The notes under the pieces are model-generated. The model saw nothing but the letters and a program-made list of their open reading frames with translations. It searched no databases and was not told the DNA's origin. The position numbers and the translations under genes are program-made. From IMG/VR virus record IMGVR_UViG_3300047160_009670: 64,000 bases of DNA; one strand, given 5' to 3'. This document shows positions 29,507-39,987 of the stretch, piece after piece. The DNA comes from an uncultured virus (IMG/VR IMGVR_UViG_3300047160_009670) (lineage: Duplodnaviria; Heunggongvirae; Uroviricota; Caudoviricetes). Position 1 is the first letter of the stretch. The number at the start of each line of letters is the position of its first letter.

Positions 29507-31615
29507 ATGCCAGCAAGAACGCCAGGCGCCGCATCGGTAACCGGCCGACATGGCGGGGCCATGGACCCGGCGGCCGGGGATACCGGCAGCCCCCTGGGAC
29601 GGTCCGGGGCTAGCCCCAGCCCGGCCCGGTACGCCGCGGCGGAAGTCCGCGATGCGGGCGTTCGCGTACCTGGCGGAACCCTTCATGGCGCCGGACCGCC
29701 CGGCAGCGTCCAGGCCATGCTACGGCCCGCAGCCCGGGCCGCGGGCGGCGCGCTGGGCCGGCTGGAAAGTGCCCGGCCCCGTACGCAGTTCATGGGGCCG
29801 ACGCGCAGCCTGGATAGGCCGCAGCCGATGCGGGCAGCCCGCAGCGGACCCGCGCCCGCGACGCGCCCGCCTGCCCTTCCCCCCATGCCCGTTGACCCTT
29901 TGCGCCCGTCATGGTCGCCGCCGGAAGCGCCGATAACCCATCGACATAGATGGTTTAGAGAATGGCAGGACAAGCCGTACCCGCAGCGGCATCCCGAAGG
30001 GGAACGGATGCAGCAACGGGTCTTGGCCAAGGAATTCGCCCCGCCGGAAAAGTCGCAATATGCCCGCGACCTGCCCATGGACCGGGCCGGCCTGGAACGG
30101 ATCGGCAGGGCGCCCGATGACAATATGGGACCGTTCCAGGAATGGCCGTACCGGGGCCGAACGATCCGGGAACGGCCTGCCAACGGACGGATCAGATATG
30201 AATTGATAAATGCAGATGGAACCATGGAAACATGGTCGAGCCATTTCGGGGACGTTGCTGAACATGCCCGACGCCTGGCCCCGCCGGAACGGTACGCCAG
30301 CGCCGCCCGGCCGACTGAAGAAACAAGCCATATGAAAGGCGCGCCGGGCAGCATGGACCCGAGCAATGTCTTTTGGTCAACCGGGGGGAGCGAGTTAGCA
30401 TTGATGGACGTTTCTGGCGCGACCAAGGCGCAAATCCCGGCAATACGGCGCGTGCAAGTAGAAAAGCAACTTCCCGGCGAGCCGATGCGATTACATCCCA
30501 ATCAGTTTGAAGCGGAGATGCACGCGGCGAAATTCAACTGGGGACCGGGCGGCCCGCATCGGCGGGATTTGGAAGCCGGTATTGGCCATCTTGAAGCGCC
30601 AGGGCATGGCGGCTGGGGCGGGTCAGATGTTATCCCAACCCGCTTGAGCGGGGCGGCCAGCCTGGGAATGCAGACCGGCCAGCGGGTTCGAACGTCGGTT
30701 AAGAACCCGACCATCCCTGAAGAACTGCGCTTCCGGCCGCAACGCGAACAGTATGCCGATTTGAGCACATTAGGTCGTAAACATATCAAGCCGAAAAACT
30801 TCGCCCTGCCCGGCCGGCGGTACCCCATCGAAGATCGACCGCATGCCCGCAATGCGCTGGCCAGGGTCGCGCAGCATGGGACGCCGGCTGAACAGGCCCG
30901 GGTTCGAGCCGCCGTCCATCGCAAGTACCCCGGGATCGGGGCCGACGAACGCGAAGAATATGCCCTGGGGACCATCGGCTTTGTCGCCCCGGAAACGCAG
31001 GAATTCACGCCGGAATCGGCCGAAGCGGCGATGCATAGCCAGCGCGAAAAGTCGATCCGCCGGCATATGCAGACCGTGGGCGCCAAATACGGACCGTCAG
31101 CCGTCCATCTGGGAATCGGGCGCTGGGGGATGACCAAGGCCAGCGCCGGGGCGGAACCGACGACAGTACATTTATATGAAGATACTGTTAAACCGGAAGC
31201 GGTCCGGGAAGACCTGGCCAGGCAGGCGCGCCGGCATCATCAAATCCAGGTCTTGCAGTTCAGAAAGTCGAAGACAGGTCCGCATACGATGCATTATGCG
31301 GATGTTCATGCCAAGATACCGGAAATCAGTCAAGGACTTGCCAATCAGGGCATTGACTTCCATACGGTTCATAAGATAGGCAAAGGCCGGCATCGGGTCT
31401 ACGTCTACGATGAAACCGGGGAACACGAAACCCCCTTCAGGAAATTCGCCCATGAATTCCAGGCAACCCCCAGGCGGCATCATGGGACCGGGGAATTCTG
31501 GCCGCCCAAGGCCGATCTTCCCGCGGGCCTTTCGCCCGTCGAGCAGACCCGCGCCCAGCGCCGTAACGCGCTACGCGCGTACCATCGGATCGTCGCCGCA
31601 GGCGGCAAGGCATGA
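29507..31615 (+). CDS. Modular polyprotein 2 containing a DUF6582-like module
   Basis: ARYA, SQYA, ERYA, EQYA, EEYA motifs; FALPGRRYPIEDRPHARNALARV module at about 30758-30952. Confidence 0.75.
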   Translation: MPARTPGAASVTGRHGGAMDPAAGDTGSPLGRSGASPSPARYAAAEVRDAGVRVPGGTLHGAGPPGSVQAMLRPAARAAGGALGRLESARPRTQFMGPTRSLDRPQPMRAARSGPAPATRPPALPPMPVDPLRPSWSPPEAPITHRHRWFREWQDKPYPQRHPEGERMQQRVLAKEFAPPEKSQYARDLPMDRAGLERIGRAPDDNMGPFQEWPYRGRTIRERPANGRIRYELINADGTMETWSSHFGDVAEHARRLAPPERYASAARPTEETSHMKGAPGSMDPSNVFWSTGGSELALMDVSGATKAQIPAIRRVQVEKQLPGEPMRLHPNQFEAEMHAAKFNWGPGGPHRRDLEAGIGHLEAPGHGGWGGSDVIPTRLSGAASLGMQTGQRVRTSVKNPTIPEELRFRPQREQYADLSTLGRKHIKPKNFALPGRRYPIEDRPHARNALARVAQHGTPAEQARVRAAVHRKYPGIGADEREEYALGTIGFVAPETQEFTPESAEAAMHSQREKSIRRHMQTVGAKYGPSAVHLGIGRWGMTKASAGAEPTTVHLYEDTVKPEAVREDLARQARRHHQIQVLQFRKSKTGPHTMHYADVHAKIPEISQGLANQGIDFHTVHKIGKGRHRVYVYDETGEHETPFRKFAHEFQATPRRHHGTGEFWPPKADLPAGLSPVEQTRAQRRNALRAYHRIVAAGGKA

Positions 31616-31723
31616 CCGGATTACCGGGCAGCCCATCGCCTACGCGGATGATGGCCTGCCCAGCATCATTGACGATGACGACGGCGGCGGGACCATCTGC
31701 TTTGTCCGGGGCGGCGGACCGTA

Positions 31724-32191
31724 ATGTCGGACCATCCGGCCTGGGTACCGACCTTTCTGGAACTGATCCGCAAGACAGGGAACGTCAGCAAGGCGGCGAC
31801 CCGCGCGGGGATTGATCGCGGTACAGCCTACTACCATGCCAGCCGGTCCAAGGAATTCGCGGCGGCATGGGCGGAAGCGGACCAGACCCATATCGACAAC
31901 CTGGAAGAACTGGGCCTACTGCGGGCCAAGTACGGCCGCAGGCGCACGGTTCTCAACGATGAAGGGCAAGAAGTAGTTATACATGATAAGCCATCAGATA
32001 GGCTTATGGAATTCTTCCTGAAAGGGAACCGGCCGGAAAAGTATGGGAACATCCGCGAACTGGAAGAAATCGCCCGCCGAATATGCAGAGAGGAAATGGG
32101 GCGACCGCTACCCGATGATGGCCCGGGCGATCCGCCCGGCCATCGCGGCCGAAACGGCGGCCAAGGCGGCGGCCGCACAAATGGACCCTAA
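31724..32191 (+). CDS. terS: Terminase small subunit
   Basis: FLELIRKTGNVSKAA..AGI.R...Y...F..AW..A...D.LE and SDRLMEFFLK..RPEKY; directly before TerL. Confidence 0.85.
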   Translation: MSDHPAWVPTFLELIRKTGNVSKAATRAGIDRGTAYYHASRSKEFAAAWAEADQTHIDNLEELGLLRAKYGRRRTVLNDEGQEVVIHDKPSDRLMEFFLKGNRPEKYGNIRELEEIARRICREEMGRPLPDDGPGDPPGHRGRNGGQGGGRTNGP

Positions 32192-33875
32192 TAACAAATA
32201 CCTATACGATCCGGTCGCGTTCGCAAAGGACGAACTGGGCATCGACCTGTGGAGAGAACAGGCCGACATTGCCCGGTCGCTGTGCGTCTTCCCCCATCGC
32301 GTCATTGCCCGGACCGCGAATTCGGTCGGCAAGTCGATCACGGCCGCTTGCGTAGCCATCTGGTTCTACCGGACCCGGCCCCGTGGGCAGGTCATCATCA
32401 CGGCGCCCAAGGCAACGCAGGTTGATGATATCATATTCAAGGAAATCCGCCGACTTTACAAATGGGCGGGCGTCTATCCCAAGGCGTCCCGGATCGAAGA
32501 TGTTCCGGGCCATCTGCTTTACGGGTTCACGGCCCGGTCCGAAGCCCATTTCCAGGGTGAACATGAACCGCATACTTTAATCATATTTGATGAAGCTGTA
32601 GGTATTGATGAACAGTTCTGGACCGCGGCCCGCGGCATCCTGTCGGCGGGCATTGAATCCATGTGGCTGGTCCTGGAAAACCCGACCGACCCGTCCAGCT
32701 ATGCCTATGAAGATGAATTGCGCGGCGGATGGGATGTTCATGCGATAAGTGGGTTCAGGCATCCCAATATCGCCGCGGAACTGGATGACAAGCCGGCGCC
32801 CATCCCCGAAGCCCTGCGCCTGGGACAGCATACGCTCAACATGGGGGACTGGGGCGACTGGCTGGAACATGACGATGAAGCCGGGCCGGGGGACATTGAC
32901 ATACTGGACCCGACCCTGTACGGCCTGGAAGCGCTGACGCCCCTACAGGTCGAGCGCGCCGGCCTGATCTTCCCGTCCCGCTACTGGCGCCCCGGACCCG
33001 ACGGCGAAGCCCGCGTCCTGGGACGGTTCCCCAGCCAGGCCGCCTACAGCGTCTTTGCGGAAGCCGCGTTCGACCGGGCATTCGCGTCCAAGATGCTGCC
33101 CCTGCCGAGCGATGGACCGGTCATAGGCTGCGACGTGGCCCGCATGGGCGACGATGCGACCGCCATCCATGTGCGCCGGGGTAACGTATCATTGGAACAT
33201 AGGACTTACCGTAAACAAGATACGCTTGCTACTGCGAACACATTAAAGGAACTATGTCATAAGTGGGGACCGAAGTTCAATGTCTGGCCGCATCTGGTAC
33301 CTTGCCTTATTGACGATGATGGCGTTGGCGGGGGCGTGGTTGACAACCGCGTATCGACAGCGGGGCCGGCCGATATCGCGGCGGGGCGGGAATGGGGGCG
33401 GGCCTACAACTTCATACCGATCCGGGCAAGTACCCTACCCAGGCGGCCGGAACGGTATCCTAATGTAAGATCAGAATTACTTTTTGATCTTGCGGAACGC
33501 ATGGCGAACGGCCTGATTTCGCTGGCCGGCCTGCCGCGGGATACCATGCTGGAACTAAGGCGCCAGGCCATCGGGATTACCTACAATCTTGATGCGGCCG
33601 GCCGCCGGGTAGCGGAACCGAAAGACGCGATGAAGTCCCGGCTGGGCCGCTCGCCCGATGACCTGGACGCGATGGCGCTCTGCTACTACACGCCGACCGA
33701 AGCCCCGCCGGTCTTCGAACCGGTCCTGTCCGAACGCCCCAATCTGTGGCGCGGCGAAACATCGACCGCCGGCCTGCAAATGATGTTCGCGGAACCGCGG
33801 CGCCATCGTCCCGATGACCTGGACGATATGAGCGCATTTAAGCGCGGTAATGGATGGAACTTCCGCGGGGGCTAA
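32043..33875 (+). CDS. terL: Terminase large subunit (true start probably 32116-32181)
   Basis: Walker A ANSVGKS, Walker B IIFDEA, nuclease GCDVARMGDD, IDDDGVGGGV, SPDDLDA. Confidence 0.92.
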   Translation: MGTSANWKKSPAEYAERKWGDRYPMMARAIRPAIAAETAAKAAAAQMDPNNKYLYDPVAFAKDELGIDLWREQADIARSLCVFPHRVIARTANSVGKSITAACVAIWFYRTRPRGQVIITAPKATQVDDIIFKEIRRLYKWAGVYPKASRIEDVPGHLLYGFTARSEAHFQGEHEPHTLIIFDEAVGIDEQFWTAARGILSAGIESMWLVLENPTDPSSYAYEDELRGGWDVHAISGFRHPNIAAELDDKPAPIPEALRLGQHTLNMGDWGDWLEHDDEAGPGDIDILDPTLYGLEALTPLQVERAGLIFPSRYWRPGPDGEARVLGRFPSQAAYSVFAEAAFDRAFASKMLPLPSDGPVIGCDVARMGDDATAIHVRRGNVSLEHRTYRKQDTLATANTLKELCHKWGPKFNVWPHLVPCLIDDDGVGGGVVDNRVSTAGPADIAAGREWGRAYNFIPIRASTLPRRPERYPNVRSELLFDLAERMANGLISLAGLPRDTMLELRRQAIGITYNLDAAGRRVAEPKDAMKSRLGRSPDDLDAMALCYYTPTEAPPVFEPVLSERPNLWRGETSTAGLQMMFAEPRRHRPDDLDDMSAFKRGNGWNFRGG

Positions 33876-33878
33876 TAT

Positions 33879-34580
33879 ATGTCTTTCGCTTCATTTCTGG
33901 GTAACTTGATACGTGCCCGCCATGGCGGGGGCGTCCCGGTCGGTCCCGGCGGCCAAGGCCCCGGGGACCAAGGGTTCCGACCCGGCATCCCCATCGCCTA
34001 CCCGCCCGCGGGTCCGCGCGTCCCCGGGCCGCAAGACCTGGGATGGGTCAATCCCTACCGGGAACGCAGCTACCCCGCGCAGCCCGGGTTACTGCCGGAA
34101 AATCAGGGCGGGGTCATCCCCGACTGGCGCACGATCCCCCTGATCCCGGTCGTGTCCAGCAATGTCCAGGCCATCGGCTACGACGCGACGACCCGGTTCA
34201 TGTTGATCCAGTTCAAGGGGAAGGAAGCCAAGCCGGGCCGGCCGTCCAAGGGGCCTAGCCTGTACGGCTACCGCGATATCGCGCCGGGGTTCTTCCAGAC
34301 GTTCGCCAATGCCCCCAGCAAGGGCAAGTTTGTCTGGGAACAAATCCGGTCCGCGTCCCAGGTCGGAACAATTGCCTACGTCAAGATATATGGACCTGGC
34401 GCTTTGCAGCCGGATCGGACCGGGCGCAAGTTCATTACCGAACAGCCGTCGGCGACCTATCATGGTCCCGAAGGCCGGGGGTACCGGGCCTACGTCAAGA
34501 TGCAAAAGAAGCGGCAAGGCGGCCGCGTGCCGACCGCCAGGTTCGCCAAACCTTGGTGGCGGCGAAAAATAGGAATCTAA
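33879..34580 (+). CDS. KTSC-domain protein
   Basis: PVVSSNVQAIGYD....LIQFK...LYGY..I....F..F.NAPSKGKFV..QIR. Confidence 0.85.
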   Translation: MSFASFLGNLIRARHGGGVPVGPGGQGPGDQGFRPGIPIAYPPAGPRVPGPQDLGWVNPYRERSYPAQPGLLPENQGGVIPDWRTIPLIPVVSSNVQAIGYDATTRFMLIQFKGKEAKPGRPSKGPSLYGYRDIAPGFFQTFANAPSKGKFVWEQIRSASQVGTIAYVKIYGPGALQPDRTGRKFITEQPSATYHGPEGRGYRAYVKMQKKRQGGRVPTARFAKPWWRRKIGI

Positions 34581-34581
34581 C

Positions 34582-37500
34582 CATGGCAGCGGTCTACAGT
34601 CATCCGGGCGGAACCCATACCATGCGCGGCCTGACCCTGGGATGGCTCAACCGGGCAGCGGCCGGCGGGTTCGCCCATCCGGTCGTCGGCGGGGCCTGGC
34701 CGACGTTTGCCGCGGATACCTGGGTTCCGGTCACGTCGTACATGGCCACGGAAACCCCGCCGCCCGCGGGGCCTGGCGGAATCGACTTTGCTGATATGAA
34801 CCATGATGCCCTGTATGCCGTGCCCGCCGGCAGTACGCCCGAAGGGGCGGAATGATCGGCATGCATCGCATCGTCCGCCGGATTCAAGCCGCCGCCCTGG
34901 GGCGCATGGACCCGCACGGGGGCCTTGTCCCCCCCAGCCTGGAACGCGCCAAGAAAGTAGACCTGATTACCCTGCCCATCGAACTGGTCGGAACCAATTG
35001 CGGCAACTGCAAGCATTTCGAAGGGCTGCGCGGGGCGCCGGGCTTTTGCAATCATAAAGATGTTCGGATGCACGTAACTAATCGGCAATGCTGCGTCAAA
35101 TGGGATGCCGAAGGAACCTACCGTCCCTGGGAAAAGAAGCATGATACCCCTTGATGAAGGCGAATCCGTACCGGTCGGGGAAATCTTTGACCTGGGGTTC
35201 CCGCGGCGGTCGTTCCAGAACCCGGTTGCCCGGATGCTGTTCCCTGACGGATGCATTCCTTCATGCTGTATTCAGAATATAACGTTCTGGAATGATGAAT
35301 CGGTTTCGATCCGATTACATCCCAACTTCGCCCTGCCTGGCTTGCCGACCGAACTGAAGTTTACCGGCGACGATGCCAAGGAAGCGCGGCGGCAGATTCG
35401 CCGGCAATGCGGGCAATGGACCGACTTGATGGATAAACAGAAATGGATCAATAACAAGCGCGCGGTCGGCCGGCGGCATATCGCGCGACTTTTGAAGAAA
35501 GGGTAAGGCATGCCCCTGAAACCTGGCAAGGCCGGCATCGGCCCCAATATCAAGCGGGAAATGGCCCATGGCAAGCCGCAGGACCAAGCCGTCGCCATCG
35601 CGCTGTCCCATGCCCGCAAGACCGGGGCCGATATACCGCCGAACCCCAAGGAACGCCATGCGTGCGGCTGTCAAGCGCCGGATAAAGAAAGGATGATGCA
35701 TTGCCCGCATTGCAAGGCCCATTACCGCTACGGCGCTGGCCATTGTCCCCAATGCGGGGGGGCCTGGGGATGACAATAGACGGCGAATCGACCCCGGCCA
35801 TGCCGGAAGATGAATTGCAAAAGGCGGCCGACGACCTGGCGGCGGCCTTCCCCGTCCTATGTACGGTTACCGGCCTTTGGCTGTCGGTTCGGCTGCCCAG
35901 CGGTCTGACCCGCCAACTTCTATGGAAGGAAGACGAAGATATCGCTACATTCCGGGAACGGCTCTGGGCAGCCATTGCCCAAGAACTAGGGGGAACCAAT
36001 GACCAAGGAAACGACCAGCCATAGCCATACGGCAACCCATGGCCATGCGTCTGGTAAGGAAGATGAACATACAAGCAAGGAAGGGGAACAGGCCAAGGAA
36101 GAAGCCAAGACGTTGACGCCAGATGAAATCCGGTCGCTGCAAGCCCTTGTCGATCAGGCGGCCGGCGGCAAGCCCGATGCCGGTCTGGTCACGCAAGCGG
36201 CCAACATGCTGCGCCGACTGAAGCCGGCGCCCGTTGACCATCTGGTCGATGCGGTACTGGTCAATCCCGGCAGGGATGCCCGGCCGGCGCTCAAGGCGCT
36301 CTGGGATGCCCTGTTCTTTCATGACAACTATCAGGACAAGGGGCGTCAGGTCGGGCTGGCCGCGGTTCGGCTTGGCGCCGGCCAGCGTGCTATCAGCATT
36401 TCATGGGATGACCAGTAATGAATGAAACCAGTCGCCGCGGATTTCTGGGCGCCCTGGCCGCCGTCCCCATCCTGGGCCGGCTGGTATGCAGGCGTCCGCG
36501 CAAACTGAATGACATGAAGTCATGGGTCAAATTGGAATGGCGGACCATCAAGCTGGACCCGCCGGTCAAGGTCTACGCCGGGCAGTCGGCGGTCGCGTAC
36601 CTGGAATGTGGGGGCGCCATCAAGCCCGGTCAGTTCGTGACGGCCGATGCCCTGGGACGCGCGGTCCCTGCCGGGCCGGGGGATGGGGTCCTGGCGCAGG
36701 TCTGCAACCCGGTCCGATTCAATGACCGCGGGCATGTCGCGTGCGACCTTTTCCCGTTCGGACATTATCGGGTCCGCAAGTCATGACCGTAAACGAACTG
36801 ATTGGACGTTTGCGCGAAATACTTGATGACATGATGGACCCTACCCGCGACGAACGCTACCGTCGCCGCCGGGCGGCCGATGATATCCGGGCGTTGATCG
36901 GGGAACTGGAAAACCGTAGCCAGCCCAGCGCGCCGCAACCTGTAAGCGGGGTCGTCGCGGCCGCCGTCGCGGCGGCCAATGCCGAACCGCCTACCAGCCG
37001 CGATGACCTGATGCGAGCGGCCGGGGCTGCGGCGCCGGCGCCTAAGGGCATGGCGCCGGCGGATGTAATTCCCCCGGGCGGCCAGCCCAAACCGAAACCC
37101 GTACCCCAGCCCCCGCCGGCCAGACCGGCCAGGCGCAACCTAACGGAACCCGAACGATGACCAAGACCCGCATGCCGGCGCCTGATATGCAGCGGCCCGT
37201 CCCCAGTCCGCCCCCCGAACCCGAACCGGAACCTGAACCCGAACCGGAACCTGAACCGGAACCTGTCCCCCAGGCCGAACCGCTGACGGCCCTGAAAATC
37301 ATCCACGCGCTCTTGCAAGCGACCGGCGATGAGAAAAAGCTTATCAAGGATTTGATCGCTGGGTCCAACAATCCCTGGCGCCACACGGAAGACTACGGGC
37401 CGGCCTTGCATGAACTACTGAAACCGAACGCGGTCCCGTTGCAGGCGCAGTCCCCGCGCCCGTACGGTTGACAGGGGATTACGTATGTTAATCGAAATTG

Positions 37501-38169
37501 GCCATCGAATGTTCAATACAGATCATATCGGTAAAATCGAAATCTACGACGATGGGTCGATCATCGTCTTGATGAACCCGCATGAAGCGACCGAAAAGAT
37601 GCTCAAAATCGAAGCTAAAATGTTCCTTGATGCCTTGCGTACCCATTGTGATGTAAAGAAACTTGGCATTTGACCGCCGCAAATTCCTGAAGGCCGTCGC
37701 CGCCGGCATCGCAGCGCCCGTCGCCGCGGCCAAGGCGCTGGTACGCCGGTCGCCGATAGGCTGGGCCTTCCCGGGGATGCCGTTCGAACCGGCCCCGCCG
37801 CCTGGACCTGTTATCCCGCCGGGTCTTTTGTTCAAGGGACCGCTTACTACCAAGATGGTCAAGGATGGCTTGGCTGGTCTGCCGCCTACGACCTACGGGG
37901 TTCCGGTCGAATTCCATGGCAACCATCTGACCCCGGACCTGGGGGCCAAGGCGCTGCGGTTCGCCGTGAGCGGCCGGCCGGAACCGGGGATCACTTACGG
38001 TCCAAAAATCTATATGTATACTGATGAAGATGGACTTCCGCGTGTGTCCATCGACCAGCCCCCGCCGGTCAAGTACCAGATTCGGTTCCTGCCGTCCGAA
38101 AAGGTCTGGCATGCCCCGCAAGGCTTGATTGCTGACCTGGACCGGCAGTATGGCGGGGCCGAAGTCTAG
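34582..38169 (+). CDS. Further small late ORFs between TerL and portal, including two with twin-arginine-like N-termini (36418-36786, 37663-38169) and a PE-repeat protein (37157-37471)
   Basis: SRRGFLG, DRRKFLK; run of PE dipeptides. Confidence 0.55.
34852..35154 (+). CDS. Small Cys-rich protein (HiPIP-like ligand spacing)
   Basis: NCGNCKHF....GFC......V....CCVKW. Confidence 0.55.
   Translation: MIGMHRIVRRIQAAALGRMDPHGGLVPPSLERAKKVDLITLPIELVGTNCGNCKHFEGLRGAPGFCNHKDVRMHVTNRQCCVKWDAEGTYRPWEKKHDTP
35510..35773 (+). CDS. DUF6496-like protein with C-terminal zinc ribbon
   Basis: MPLKPGK...NIKREM..GKPQDQAVAIALSHARK, then ERHA, CPHC/CPQC. Confidence 0.7.
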   Translation: MPLKPGKAGIGPNIKREMAHGKPQDQAVAIALSHARKTGADIPPNPKERHACGCQAPDKERMMHCPHCKAHYRYGAGHCPQCGGAWG

Positions 38170-38172
38170 GCC

Positions 38173-39987
38173 ATGAAAGATGAAGATATCGATTACCAGC
38201 GGGAACCGACCCGCGGCCAGTCCGCCTTGTACGGCATGGCCAAGATCGTCGAGCAGGTTGCATCCGCCCTGCCCGGCGATGCCGCCAGGGAATTGACCGA
38301 CGGGTTCAAACGCAAGGCGCGCGAATTTGATGATATTCTTGACCAATGGGTCATCCAGCCGCAATCGACCTGGGCGGCTCAGTGGAACACGATTTCCCGG
38401 ACGTTCCGCAGCTATTCCGATGCGGCGCTCAAGGACAACTGGATTTCGGCGATTGCCTTCCGCAATGACCCGTCCATCGACAGGCATATGCAAAGGCGCA
38501 AGGACCCGGTCAGTACCCTGGACTGGGAAATTGAAAGCGACGATGAAGACGACAAGGACCAAAAGGAAATATGTAAACAAGTAGGTCAAATCGTCAAACA
38601 GACCCCCTACTTCATCAACATCAAGAACTGGTTAGGCGAAGCGATATGGGGCGGCCGGTCGGCGGTCCAGTTGATGTATACCCGGAAGATGATTGCCGGA
38701 CGGCGGCGGGTCGTCGTCAAGAAATTCATTCCCATATCTTGCGACAAAGTCATATGGAAATGGGACGGTACGCCCGGCATATTGGTCTACATGCCCGCGA
38801 CCGTTCCCGCGAACCAGTATTCCAAGAGCCTGGAACAGCTAGCGGACCGCGGGCCTTGCCTGTTCCTGTACGACCGCTTCGACCGGATGCAGTATGTCAT
38901 CCATACATTTCAACCATCCGATTCCGACTACCTGTACCAAGGGGACTTCGCGGCGGCCATCTACGGCTACGGGCTGCGCGGCAGGCTGTACCATTGCTGG
39001 TGGACACGGACGGAACTGCTTTCATGGGTCATGAACGCCCTGCAACGCCTGGCCATCAACGGTATGCTGATCGGGTTCTACGATTCGGGGGATGACGCGG
39101 CGAAGGCGGCAGTCAAGCAGTGTCTTTTGAACATCAAAGACTTTGCTTTTGGGTTGATGCCCAGGCGTCCGGGGCAAGTAGACCCAACAAGCATGATTCA
39201 TAACATACCGCCACAAACAGTTGGATATCCTGTTCTGAAAGAATGGATCGACTACTTCGATACGCTTGCTGAAGAAGTTATCCTTGGACGCATTGATAAC
39301 TACGGGGTCACGGGGGATGCGGCCCTGGAACTGGTTACCAGTGCCCAGTTCCTGCGGTTGAAGTCCGATTCATCGGCCCTGGACGATACGCTGACGGCGC
39401 AGTTCCTTGGTCCCTTGCTGCGGATGAACGAATTCGTCTACCGCGGGCGGCGCTACCGGGGAAACGAATTACCATTTCAAATCAGGTACAAATCGGTACT
39501 TGATACCGAAAACGTCCTGAAGAAATTGCAGTCAGCCCAGCTACTTAACGGCATGGGCGCGCAACTGGACGAAAAACATCTGCTACGAATTGCCGGATTC
39601 AAGCGACCCGAAAAGCCGGATGATGTTCTGGGCTACAAGGCCAAGCAAGCCGAACTGGCGATGCAGGCGCAGGCCGAACAGGAAGCTGCCCAGGCTCAGG
39701 CAGCGGCCCAAGGCGGGGCCGGGATGGAACCTGGCATGGAAGGACCGCCCGCAGGCGCGGAAGGCATGGCGCCCGCGCAGAACGGCCCTGGCATGGCCCC
39801 GGGACCGGCCCTGTCGGGCAGCATCGCGGCCAGGCCCGATACCTACACGCATGAAGGGGAAGGCGCCCCGCCCCCGCGCCTGGAACGGGAACGGTACGCG
39901 GCCAGCGCGTACCATGCTCCGATAACCAATCGGATCGCGCGGTTACTGAATGGACGCGGTAAAGAAACCACCAATGGTCATAAGTAA
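38173..39987 (+). CDS. Portal protein (Mu gp29/DUF935-like)
   Basis: DP.I...M..RK.PV..LDW.I, EAIWGG.S...L.Y, G.GL...LY..WW motifs; position and size. Confidence 0.8.
   Translation: MKDEDIDYQREPTRGQSALYGMAKIVEQVASALPGDAARELTDGFKRKAREFDDILDQWVIQPQSTWAAQWNTISRTFRSYSDAALKDNWISAIAFRNDPSIDRHMQRRKDPVSTLDWEIESDDEDDKDQKEICKQVGQIVKQTPYFINIKNWLGEAIWGGRSAVQLMYTRKMIAGRRRVVVKKFIPISCDKVIWKWDGTPGILVYMPATVPANQYSKSLEQLADRGPCLFLYDRFDRMQYVIHTFQPSDSDYLYQGDFAAAIYGYGLRGRLYHCWWTRTELLSWVMNALQRLAINGMLIGFYDSGDDAAKAAVKQCLLNIKDFAFGLMPRRPGQVDPTSMIHNIPPQTVGYPVLKEWIDYFDTLAEEVILGRIDNYGVTGDAALELVTSAQFLRLKSDSSALDDTLTAQFLGPLLRMNEFVYRGRRYRGNELPFQIRYKSVLDTENVLKKLQSAQLLNGMGAQLDEKHLLRIAGFKRPEKPDDVLGYKAKQAELAMQAQAEQEAAQAQAAAQGGAGMEPGMEGPPAGAEGMAPAQNGPGMAPGPALSGSIAARPDTYTHEGEGAPPPRLERERYAASAYHAPITNRIARLLNGRGKETTNGHK

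Noticed and set aside
32043..32191. TerS-TerL frameshift fusion suggested by the ORF overlap
   Set aside because: No slippery sequence seen; a later TerL start (32116-32181) removes most of the overlap
37213..37266. PE dipeptide repeat as a regulatory repeat
   Set aside because: Ordinary low-complexity linker with varied codons
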